NCBI GenBank assembly: GCA_003693705.1
Contig: RBZT01000847.1
Location: forward strand, 1 to 42,779
Source: Polymyxa betae A26-41
Lineage: Eukaryota > Protista > Endomyxa: Phytomyxea
Length of the DNA stretch: 42,779 nt
Reading direction: 5' to 3'
This document shows, in pieces, positions 1 through 10,739 of this stretch; the stretch's first letter is position 1; every line of letters begins with the position of its first letter. The position numbers and the translations under genes were made by a program. The notes under the pieces were generated by a model. That model was not told the origin of the DNA, made no database searches, and saw only the letters and a list, made by a program, of their open reading frames with translations.

Positions 1-10
1 GCAACGAATG

Positions 11-55
11 CATTGACCTGATGAGCCGAAGGCGAAACCAGGTCGCGCGGGAATG
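11..55 (+). ncRNA. Minimal type I hammerhead ribozyme motif (Penelope-like-element type), possibly degenerate
   Basis: CTGATGA (18-24), stem II GCC-GAA-GGC (25-33), GAAA (34-37), near-palindromic stem III ACC-A-GGT, and cleavage triplet GTC (42-44). Stem I is weak: C17:G45 plus distal CATT 11-14 / AATG 52-55. Confidence 0.65.
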
Positions 56-384
56 ATTGTACCTATCTAAATACTAAACAAAGTAATTAGATAGAACACT
101 CTGTCATACATTACTTGCATACTCATGCATGCTAATGTAAAATAACTGGACAAAACATGCCTCCCCTTTCAAAGTGCTCTCGGTAGCTATTTATAGCGCA
201 ACGAACATTCACGAAGTCTCATAGAAGGTTCATCGAAGTGTCATCTGACACTGAGTGAAAGTTCACTACATGAGACGAATATTCACAGAAGTCCGAAAAA
301 CAAGAGTCGCGCAATATAACTACCTCGAGTAGGTCCGTAACGCGGCCTCCTACTGGTAGCAGTGGGTTGCGCCCCCTATGGGGA

Positions 385-500
385 CGCACTACTGGCAGAG
401 CGCAGCCCTGGCAACAGCCATGGCAAGGCTCCACTGTGAGAGCGCAACCCTGGCAACACCAGTCAGGTGACGCTCCACTGAGACACAGTCAGCACCAGGG
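385..500. repeat. Degenerate direct repeats (gagcgcaNccctggcaaca / gctccactg units)
   Basis: agagcgcagccctggcaacagcca and agagcgcaaccctggcaacacca; ctccactg occurs twice. Confidence 0.55.
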
Positions 501-969
501 TCGGCCCCAGTGGCAGAAGAATATATGACCAAGCCCTAATATAAGATTCCTTATATAAAGCGCTTCTGACATCATAATTCAATCATTCTGGTGGTCATTG
601 TGTTCACTTCACACCAAAATCACTTTTATGGAGGCGAGCGACTCCGCACTGAATGGCGCCCCGGTTCCCCTGCGCGCCACACTGGTCCTGATTATCAACG
701 CCGTGATCCCCATCATCCTCAAGGCGGTCAAGTCGGCGTTCAACACGCAACGAATTATTTATAATTTGGAGCGTGCGTCTGCTGCAGCAATTGCTGCTGT
801 CACTGCACCCGCAGCTGATATGTCAGACACTGACGGTACTGAGCACTGTCCATCATCTCCGGAGTTGGATATCTCAAGTTCCTATGGGATCTTGTTGTTT
901 TCCCTACCCAAATTCGGCACTCGCCTAATGGGAGAGGAAGTTACACAACAGATCATCCAACGAACCAAC

Positions 970-1235
970 AGGGATATACAATGGTATCGATATGGTATCG
1001 TTTCAACCAAAACTGTGATATGTATCGTATCAACCAGAGAGCAGATATGGTATCGATATGGTATTTCATCAACCAGAGCACAGATATGGTATCGCATCAA
1101 CCTGAGCTCTGATATGGTATCGATATGGAATTTAATCAACTATAGCTCTGATATGGTATCGCATGGTCCAGAAAATTGAGATGGAATTTTTTTTGCATAT
1201 CGTCTCAGCAAGTATACGGATCTGGTATCAATACG
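970..1235. repeat. Minisatellite-like array of GATATGGTATC / ATCAACCAGAGC units
   Basis: At least six near-identical gatatggtatc motifs alternate with atcaaccagagc-like linkers between 970 and 1165, with a decayed copy near 1218-1235. Confidence 0.8.
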
Positions 1236-3397
1236 ATTATTTATTGGTCCAATTATATCACATTCATCTATAATCATTTTTCCCTGCAAGTCAAAAACCG
1301 ACCTGGTAATTTTTATTGGTTTGAAGTTTCTTTAAGAATCCTGTCTTCCAGGATCGATATTTTTTCAAAAAACGTGACCTTTCAGGCTGTTCCATGTGCA
1401 TGAGAACCTTCGGCTCGTGGTCTTCAAAACGCTCCTCGTACTCGAACACAGTCCGATAGGCCAGTTCATTGCTGAATCCATGGAGGTACTGAGTCAACAG
1501 CAGCGGGTGCAGCTGTTGTGTGTTATCAGTTTTGATGTCTCCAGGCACTGAATAAGTGCAGAAGAGCATCTCACAAGACAACCTTCCTCTAGCTTCGGGG
1601 ATCGCCGGTCCTTAGTGAATCATGTTTTCGGCATGTGCTGGTTATGGACATGACGGACTATCGACCTAATCACAAACAGTTGAACAGTCGGTTTTAATTT
1701 TCTTCTATGTATCTTACCTCAGTGTAGTGCATGCAGTTCTACACAATAGGCACTGACCAGCTATACGAGGCATGCTGGTTTACCTCACATTGCCTTGTCA
1801 AGCTGATACTAAGTCTGGCTACTGCGTTCGTGTCGGCACCTTCAGCCGACTAATCGCGCTGACGTTGGGAACCGCTTCGAGTTGATTGAGAAGAGGATGT
1901 TGAGGCCAGGACTCAATTTAAAGAATGAGCGGGAGAGAGGATACGATCTTGACGATAGGTTCGATATGTGACTGACATCTAGACTGTAGTGAGAAAGATA
2001 TTTTGGATATAAGACTCTGTGTTTGCCAATCAGGGTCTAGACTGACCATAGTGATAAAAAGATAGTTTGGACAGAAGACTCTGTGACTGCCACCTATTCA
2101 ACGTTACCCCAAGGAGGTAGATCAGGTTGCGCTCCAACATATCCCCCCCCAATGTCTTCTAAGCATTCGGTGACCCCATTTGTGATCTGCACCAATCAAA
2201 CACATTGGTTGGCAAATTGGCTTTGTAAGAAAGTCCGCGAGCGATCATTTTTCCTGTTAAGCAACATTCTAAACTGATTGTCCGATTCCAATTTTTGCAC
2301 GCATGTCAGATAGTACGACTGGATGTATTCCAATCGATTTTTTGTTTTATTTAGGTGTTGAGTCGGGCTTTCGACTCGGCTCGACTCCATCACCGTCTGA
2401 GTGTTTTCAACTCGGCTCAGCTAAAATTCTGAGTTACTCGGAGGGTTTTAGGGTTTAGTGTACGACTCTGATGTCAACTGACTCCGAGACGACTACATTG
2501 ACTCCTAATCGACATTTGAATCAACTTCCTCACAAATATCAACATATTAAAAAAAGACGCACCTCTCAATTAAGTTTTTTTTTTTTTGTTGAGAACATTG
2601 AAATGTTAGTTACAGGTTTTGGAGTGGCTTAACGATCTTGGTGGAGGATTGTAATTGTACAATCACACGAACATAATCATCGTCGAAGGTTGATGATGGT
2701 AGCTACAGCTTTCAAGAAGGCCTGTTCACAAGGAACAGATTTCGACATGACACTGAAATAATCTTTCGGCTAACTCTCGAAAACAGATTGTCGCTTGCTT
2801 TCAGCCAAATCAGCACATCATCACTCGACATGGCTTGGGAATTATTCCAGTGATTGAGTTTCGCCCGGAACGATTCAGCACGCTGGTTTGAGAGCTCAGT
2901 CTTGAGTCTCTAAAGTCGACTTCAGCTCCCTCGGAGTGACTCCATCCTGGAAATTTTTTACCGTCATGAATGGAGTTAAGTCGACTCGAGGTTTTGTGCA
3001 TCTCTATTTACATTGCAGTATGTTTTAATCTAATGTAATAGACATCATTTGTAGCTGGAGTTAGGGCTCTTCAAAATCCAATAAAATCGAAAAGAATACG
3101 GTTTAGCATTGAAAAGTCGGAATGGAGGCAAAATTGTGGAGCCGTTTATCATAGAGGCTGGGATATTTTCAATAGAAGACTCTATTTCGCATCGAGTGAC
3201 CGAAATCGCCAAGAAGGCTCCTCTTGTTTTCAGATGATAAAGTAAAAGAGGCCGATTTGTTCAAGAATAGGAGCGAAAAGGGTTAGAAAAGTCAATAAAA
3301 TAAGAGATGACTATCTTATTATGATGAAAGTGAGGGTGTAATATCAACCAGCATCAAATTGACACGATATCCGTTATAACCTTGTTAAATAGGGATT

Positions 3398-4852
3398 TCA
3401 ATCATGAATTGAAAAATGAGCTCGTCGTCGAGTTTGTACTCGATCCTGCATCAGACGCGAATGGCGACAGATGCTTTCCAGCAGGCGGCGATGACGAAAC
3501 GAGGCGCTTCGCATCTCACGAAGCGCGAGCAGCTCGAGCTCGAGTTCGAACACGTGGTCGTAGAGCGGCTCCATGGCCCGATGCCAAGACCACCGCTGCA
3601 ATCTATCGAACATATCGCCGGGGGTGTCGTCGAAGGCGGACGCCATCGACACTCTTTGGCTTCTTGGAGCGTTAAATCTAGATCGGTGTGTCAGAATCAA
3701 AGGAAAGTGATGGATAGTTTGCATACCGAGCTATTGGACTCCATACAGATGAAGGTTTCAATTGTCGAACTCGGAATTCGTAATCACAATCTGGAGATGC
3801 ACTATGGCAGAACATCAATCAATGCGATTATGCTCAGCGATTAAAACGTGAAGTTTGCAATAAACGATATAGGAGCAGAAAATGCCACTCTCGTAACATT
3901 CACGATAACAAAAATGTTTTTCGGGAACAGTTTAACGGAAGCAACAACCAGAGCCTTTCCAAATTCGACAATAAAAGTAAAATAGAATCACTGTCAAATC
4001 TGGTTCAAAGCTTAAAACCATTGAAACAGCACGTTTTCAGATAAAAAAATGTATAAAACTCAGGAAAAAAAATCGAAAACGTAAAACCGCCAACCACAGC
4101 ACTGAATAATAATCCAAAAGCAAGAAAAAAATCGAAAATCACATCGTCCTACTCTGTTGCAGTAAACTGCAAATTAGGTCCTTCATAGAGCATTGTCCAT
4201 GGACCCAATCTAGGCCTGGCTATGCGCACCTCCAACCTGTAAAAGACGCCCACCAGATGGTTGGGGGTCGCCCCAACGCCCCAGTTCACCTGCAGCGATG
4301 TCGAGTCGTACACCGAGCGATAGACGCGCAGCAGCGGGGCCGGTACGGCCAGGAAGTCAGCGTCGGGCTCGGCGGCCGCACATAACGCTTGATAGGCGTT
4401 GTTGATCGCCTGAAATCTCTTTGTCGCTTCTGGATCGTCGTTTTTGTCTATCAGCAATTGTTAATGAGACATTTCATTGAAATGAAAGTTTATAGAACTT
4501 TTTTTACAGATTTTGACAAAACATTGAAAAAAATGCGCTTTTCCAGCAACAATGCTGACACAGCGAACAAAAGGAATTGCCGTTTCTTTCTAGTTACAAT
4601 GAAATTTGAACAAAGTTTTGAAAAAAAAGCGGTAAACAATAAAGCAAATCGATATCAAACAAACGTATTCTGCTTTTCGGAGAACATGAAAGCAGAAGAA
4701 AGGGATGAAGGGATATCACGGCATGAGGGAAAAACAGCACCTGGATGCCAGATTCTGGACAGTCGACGATAGGCGCATTTAACATCATCGGGTTGAGCGC
4801 CCAACGGCAGCTCCAATGTTCGATAATGGTCGGACGATGACGATAGCGACAT
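3398..4852 (-). CDS. J-domain (DnaJ) protein with fibronectin type III domain, ~253 aa, 4 exons (4852-4741, 4447-4153, 3801-3727, 3677-3398)
   Basis: DHYRTLEL..VKCAYRRLSRIWHP|DKNDDPEATKRFQAINNAY, with the HPD motif split by a phase-1 GT-AG intron. FN3-like LQVNW..YRLEV..W..LYEG..SPDCDYEFRVRQ..WS. Exon lengths sum to 762 nt in frame. Confidence 0.85.
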
Positions 4853-5111
4853 GGCTTGTTCACCCCGTTCCTCGATCTAGACGTTCGGCGAGCTCGAACA
4901 GTCAGGTTCCATCAACCCGTCTGGGCTGCGCCCCCGACCCGGGCCAGCATGACTGGTGAACCCGGCTGCCGGCCACACGATTGGGCTGCGTCCCGCCTAT
5001 TCGATGAACATTCGCCTCGTCACTCGAGGTCCGGGGCCGCACTCGCGCCCCGCTGTGTTACGTTTCGGCAGTCATGGGCGGGTACGACTCCTACTATTAA
5101 CAATATGTGTA

Positions 5112-8100
5112 TTAATGCCGATACGAGAGGAACCTGCGATTGCCGTACGCGATCGCCGCCGCACTGGGTCGCTCGGCGCCGCCAATATCGAGGATCTGCA
5201 ATCGGCGCTGGGGCAGTACGGCGTCCGGGCGCGTGGTCAGCGGCTTGAACACGGGCAGCGACGGCTCGGCATCGTGGTGGTTGTTGTCGTTGTCGAAATT
5301 CGGGTCGAGTTTGTAGAGCGTTGCGGCGGCGTCTAGGAAGGTCGTCGCCTTCCGTATGATCGTGTTCGTATTGGTGCGCACGATGCGCGACTTCGTCATG
5401 AATATCCGTCCGAGATCGTTGAGCGTCTCCTGGACGCTCGAATGCCTCTTGCCGTAGATGCGTTCGCGAATGGTCAGGGCGCGGATGAAGAGCGGTTCGG
5501 CGGTCTCGCGTTGCCCGAGACGTTGATAAAGCCGACCTAGAGCGATCAACGAATCGGCGACGATCGGGTTATTCGGTCCGAGCGCTTTCTCCCGGATTGT
5601 AACGGCACGTTGCAACAGCGGCTCGGCTTGATGTAACCGATCCGGTTGGGCGGCGTACAGGAGCGCCATGTCGTGCAGCGTGGTCGCGACATGCGGATGA
5701 CGTCGTCCCAGGGCTTTCTCTCGAATATGCAACGCTCGCGAGTAGGCGGCTTCGGCTTCGGAATACATTCCCCGAGACGTGTAATAATGCCCGATGAAGC
5801 CGAGCGTCGTCGAGACGGCCGGATGCATGGGGCCGAGCGCCGATTCGTTCGACGCGAGTTGCACGCGAAGATCGGTCTCGGGCGGCGCCATTTCCGACGT
5901 TACCGAGAGCGTCCGCTTGCGATGCTCGTCGTGCTGGTACGACCAGGGCATGAGTTCCGTGCATTGACGAACACGACGGGTATGTGACGGAGCCGGGTCG
6001 GATTTGCGGCGCGTTGGGGAAGCGGCCGGGTTGTCGATGGTCGTGGAATTCGAATTTGTCGCATTGCTCAACGATCGACTTCGCTGTAATGGTCCTGAAA
6101 CACAACAATCAGCTTGACGATTTTTGGTTTTCGGAAAATGTCAAAGTAAAAAAGAAAAACACTTTGCTATGAAGGATATCCAAAAGATTGATGAACAAAC
6201 GCTTATCAAAAACGAAGAAAATATTGGAATCACTGAAAACCGAAAATAATCAGAATGGAAGAATCAATGTGAAACCATAAAAAGCGGCGATTACGAAGAG
6301 AAGCATGATGTGGTGGTGTCGAGATCTTCTTCTCTGCAACTTCAGAATCGATCGAATCGCAATCGGATCCGGGGTCGCGTTCATCGGCAGAATCCAGCTG
6401 CTCGGGGAACATTTCTTGCACTTCTTTCAATGCCGAACGGACCGGAATAGCGCCTTCATTCCTATCAACAAAATCAGCATTGTTACGCATCCCATTGAAA
6501 ATCTCGTCACCTCGCTTCAGCTGTCCCGGAACGAAGCTGAAAATTCACAGGGCGTGGACGGCGTCGTCGTTTGGACGATCTTGCTTCGGAAGGCTTCTCA
6601 GCGCGTTTCTGTGCGCAATCGTCGTCGCTGCTGGAAAGCCCTTCGGAATCGATGGTGACCTCGGTCACAGCTGGGTTCGGTGCCAGAGAGCGATGACGAT
6701 ATAAACGACAGTCTGGCGCTCGGGATTTCGTCTCAGATAAAGTGGTGTGATAGAGCGCCGATATATCAGTCTGCAGCAGAGCAGATTCAGTAATCAGCAT
6801 TAAGAGTAACAACGACACTAATATTAAGTTCAAGCACTCAAATTTCAACAAAAAAAAATGAAAAAAGAAACAATCCAGCCTGAACGAAAAGAACAAAAGA
6901 GCAAAGACCCTTGAACACAGTCAAGCATAAAAATTTCAACAAAACAAACGAAAAATGAAGCAATCCAGCCTAAACGAAAAGAACAAACGATCAAACCCAC
7001 CATAATACATTCAAGCAATAAACTTTAAACGGAAAAAAAGCTTCAAAAGCAAAAACAGTGCAATTGAAACTACAGCAATCAAGCTCAGACGAAAACAGCA
7101 GCAATACGAACAGCGACGAAGAACCCTAAACCCTAACTGAACCCAACCAGACCTCATCGACACCGATCCTCTCTGCGACCATGGCTCGGAATTCCTCCAT
7201 CTTCACATGGCCGGCGGCCCGAATCACGACATGGGCAACATCGGAACGCAGGGCTCGGAACTCGAGGGCCAGCTGCGGGTCGTGCAGGCCCACCAGAATG
7301 GTGCTGACCTGGCCCATGCCGTGCAGCGACATGGAATAGACCGAATGCGAGGCGTGAATTAGCTTGGCGTGGTTGCCATCGATCATGGACGGCGACGTTG
7401 CCACCTAGAGCATGGATTCAGTTTAAAGAAAGATGGGCGATAATGAGAGCGAATTCGGAATGAAAAAACTGGCCAAACAGAAACGATAGGAAAACGCAGA
7501 CAATATTGGAATACTCGAAAAAAAGTGGGCTAATAAAAGAATTCGAAATTTGCTTGAAAGTGTTCAAAAACAAGGGAAAGATGTGCTGCTTAACCAGACG
7601 AACAATCAGAAAGAGCATTATATCTGACAAAAAAGACTCAACAAAAATGATTCGATGAGGAAATGAAAACGAACAATCCCATCTTTCTATAGAACAGGTC
7701 GTCTACAAACACGATTCTTTAAACTCGAGAGATTTCTTCCCAAAATTAGCGAGAAAATTTCGGTCGCTTAACGCTTAACAGGAAAAATCGAGTTACCTTA
7801 ACATGGAGAGCATAGCCAGCATTAGCGTCATCTGCAGCCGAGTCCGAGGTCGCCGACCGCGATGGCATGGGCCGGGCCGGATCCAGGAACCATTTCAGGA
7901 ACACGTCCGGGTTGAAATCGCAGAGGATCTGGTATCGGCGGTCCTTGACCCTCTGCCATCTCTGCTTGATCTTGGTCGTCTTAATAGGAGATGGGACTAA
8001 AGTCTCTAAGTAGAGGCGCATCCCTTCCGCACAGTCGCTCGTGATATGAGACGTCAGACGAGCCACCTTCCCGCTCCATTTCTCGGCCGCGTCTTTCAGC

Positions 8101-10524
8101 CATTTCGAGGCGTCGCGCTCGTCTTTCAGCTGTTTCAACAGCGTGTCATGTAACTGGGTCTGCTCCCTGACCAGATCGCCTGAACAATGAGCGAAAATCA
8201 GCGATGGAAGAAGCAGAAAAAAGCGAAATATGTTGACAGCAGTCGCACATTGTTTTTTCTATTCGAAAAAATGCAGAAAATCTTCGTCTTACTTTGATCG
8301 CGAACTTCCTTTTGTATCTTTCGAAGCGCCAAGAACGTCGAGTTCTTCTTTCGTTGTTCGATCCCGATCTTCATATCGAGTTTATGCGAGGCGCTCGTGA
8401 ACGCCCGCACCGCCTTCCTCGCTTCCGATTGCAGGGCGTCGTGCTCGCCGCGAACGTCGCGAATCTGTTCGCGAACCAGCGCCGATTCCGCCTCGACCTG
8501 TTCCTTTAACGCCTCCGTCTCTTCCGCCTCGCCTTCCTTGAATCCCTCCAACGTCGACGCCGCCATCTCGACCTCTTCTCTGGCCGCCTCCGGCGATCGC
8601 TGCTGCAGTTCGTCGTTGAGCTTGGCGATTTCGGCGCGAAGATCGCGCTCGCGATCCTGCAGCGACGACACCTGTTCGGAGAAGGCGGCGATCTGTCCCT
8701 GGCGAACATTGGTCTTGTTGCTGCGCAGGACCGCGTCCAGTTCGTGCCAGATCTTCATCGAGATACGATTCAGCTGGATGCTGAGCCGCCCTAGAGCAGA
8801 TCGCCCCGACTCTCTGATAGCTGATAACATGACGCCGGCTGAGACATCGCTCAGGCTGTTATCCTTCAGGTGCAGCTCCTGTAATGTTACATTCGTCCGC
8901 AAGCTGCCAGCCAACGCCACGCCCGTCTTATCGCCCAGCGCGTTATCGTTCAAATCCAAATACTGTAACGTCACGTTCTGGGCCAGTACGGCCCCGAGCG
9001 CGACGCCGTCGTCGTCGTCGATCGCGTTCGACGCCAATGACAAGCGTTGCAGGGTGGGCGACGTCTGGACCAGTACGGCCAGGGCGGCGGTGTCCTTGAT
9101 GGTGCAGCGCGAGAGCGAGACGCTGCTGATGGCGTTGCTGAGTTTGAGGCCGTCGACGAGGGCGTTATGGGCGCGCTGCGTGCCGATTCGCTGGTTGCCG
9201 TCGAGGGCGAGGGTTTCGAGCGCCGGGATCGTACCGGCCTCGTACGCGTCTCGAATCGCGATCGTGAAGGAGCGGCCCAGCAGGTTGTAGGAGAGGTCGA
9301 GATGCTTTAATGCTGGAAGAACAGAGACGTTAATCGATGATTGTTGGAGATAAACTGGCAAATTGAGCAATTCGGATTAGAAAAACTTGTGTGAACAATT
9401 AAAGAGGAGGAAATACGAGCACGGTTTGACAGATATTAGTAACGGAAAACAATCGGAAAAACGATTCTCTCTGGCAATGAAAAGAATCGGGACTGTCCCG
9501 CTGGCAGACAAATCAATTCAGGCTTGGAGAACAGTGTAAGGTAAAGGGGCGCATCTATGCGACGTCGCAATCAACCAGAATAAAAGAGAAATCACAAAGT
9601 AGCAAAATCCAACAATTCAGCCTTGAAAAAGAAAAGTTATAAAGAACGCATAAATAAAAAAAACCGAAGAAACAGCTTCAGAAAGTTTCAATAAACCCTG
9701 GATGGAATTCTAAAGATTTTTCAGTCGCTTCAAAAGGGAAACCGAAAACCAACCGTATTACCAGGCGAAGCCAACAGAGCCATTAGAGCGGGCGTCGCGG
9801 CATCCGACAGCTGGTTCCGGGCCAGGTTGACCTGGACCAGTACGGCGCGCTGGGCGATGGGCCCCAGGATGGCGCCGATCGCATCGTCGCCGATATGATT
9901 CAGGCGCAGATCCAAGGCCTGCAGCGTCGGCGACGACCGCGCCAGGCCGCATTGCGCCAGGCATACTAGCCCACTGGTGCCGACATTGCCGAGCCGAAGG
10001 TCGGACAGGCGCGACCCGGGCGCCCCCAATGCCGCCGCCAGACGCTGGGCGCCGCGCTCCCCGAGCGTGTTCTTATGGAACCCGAGGTCCGACGACAGGT
10101 CCAGTACGGCCACGGACGTATTGCTGAGGAGGGCGTCGGCGAGGTCGGCGATGCCCTGCGCGCCGAGATCGTTGCTGCGCAGATCGAGGGCGGTCAGATG
10201 CGGGTTGCAGCGCAGCATCTGGGCGAGGGCCTGTACGCCCCGGTTGCCGATCGCATTGCGCGCCAGGTTCAGCGTCGTGAACAGGTCGTCGTTGGCGAGC
10301 CAGCGGGCGATGATCGCGGCCGATTCCGGCCCGATTCCGTTCTGGGCCAGGTCGACGCAGGAGCCGCTGATCTTACGCCGCACGAGCCAGGCGAAGCGCT
10401 TGGCGGCATCCGGGGACGAGGCGATGCCGAGGTCGACGCAGCGCGCCCTGTAGACGTCGTCGATGAAGGCCGTGCTGATATCGTCGGCGTCGTCGAGGCC
10501 GTCCTCCACGAACGGGTCCGACAT
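5112..10524 (-). CDS. Large LRR (ribonuclease-inhibitor/NLRC3-like) + coiled-coil + TPR (kinesin-light-chain-like) protein, ~1275 aa, 7 exons
   Basis: Exons 10524-9762, 9312-8293, 8179-7797, 7404-7153, 6770-6511, 6461-6295 and 6094-5112 all have GT-AG borders with matching phases (3828 nt). LxxLxLxxNxIG repeats; 42-aa TPR units (EAEAAYSRALHIREKALGRRHPHVATTLHDMA). A small terminal intron could move the stop to ~5072. Confidence 0.8.
6829..7035. repeat. ~90-bp imperfect tandem duplication inside an intron
   Basis: caatccagcct(g/a)aacgaaaagaacaaa at ~6870 and ~6961; tcaagca..aaa(t/c)tt occurs three times. Confidence 0.75.
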
Positions 10525-10723
10525 GGCCCCGTCTCAACCGTACTGGACGATCGTTGACATAGTAACAACCTCGCCCATGTTACGTTACATGACAATCCGA
10601 TTTCGTCGAACGGAACTATACTGAGCTCCATTCTCCTGTGGAATGATTGCTTCGATTTAGGAGCTGAAGCGAGGTTATCGTCAGAGCCGCGCCATCAGGT
10701 CACCGCATGCGGCTGCTAGGGTC

Positions 10724-10739
10724 AAACCCTAAACCCTAA
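10724..10739. promoter_or_regulatory. Telo-box-like dimer AAACCCTAAACCCTAA upstream of the LRR-TPR gene
   Basis: Exact (AAACCCT)2 motif about 200 nt 5' of the ATG at 10524. A regulatory role is inferred by analogy with plant telo-boxes. Confidence 0.45.

Noticed and set aside
970-1165. CRISPR-like look of the GATATGGTATC array
   Set aside because: Repeats are only ~11 nt, the spacers are themselves repeats, there are no cas genes, and the context is eukaryotic.
598-1179. 193-aa ORF
   Set aside because: Its C-terminal half is just the translated minisatellite (QIWYRYG repeats) and no domain is recognisable.
1291-1900. Minus-strand gene-like fragments with one intron-like segment
   Set aside because: Multiple stops; no coherent frame or recognisable family.
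4853-5111. Fusion of the TPR gene to the downstream J-domain gene
   Set aside because: The plausible splice after the TPR exon hits a TGA at 5072-5074, and the J gene has its own ATG.
8397-10631. Long + strand and alternative-frame ORFs over the LRR exons
   Set aside because: Antisense/shadow ORFs caused by high GC3 in the real gene.
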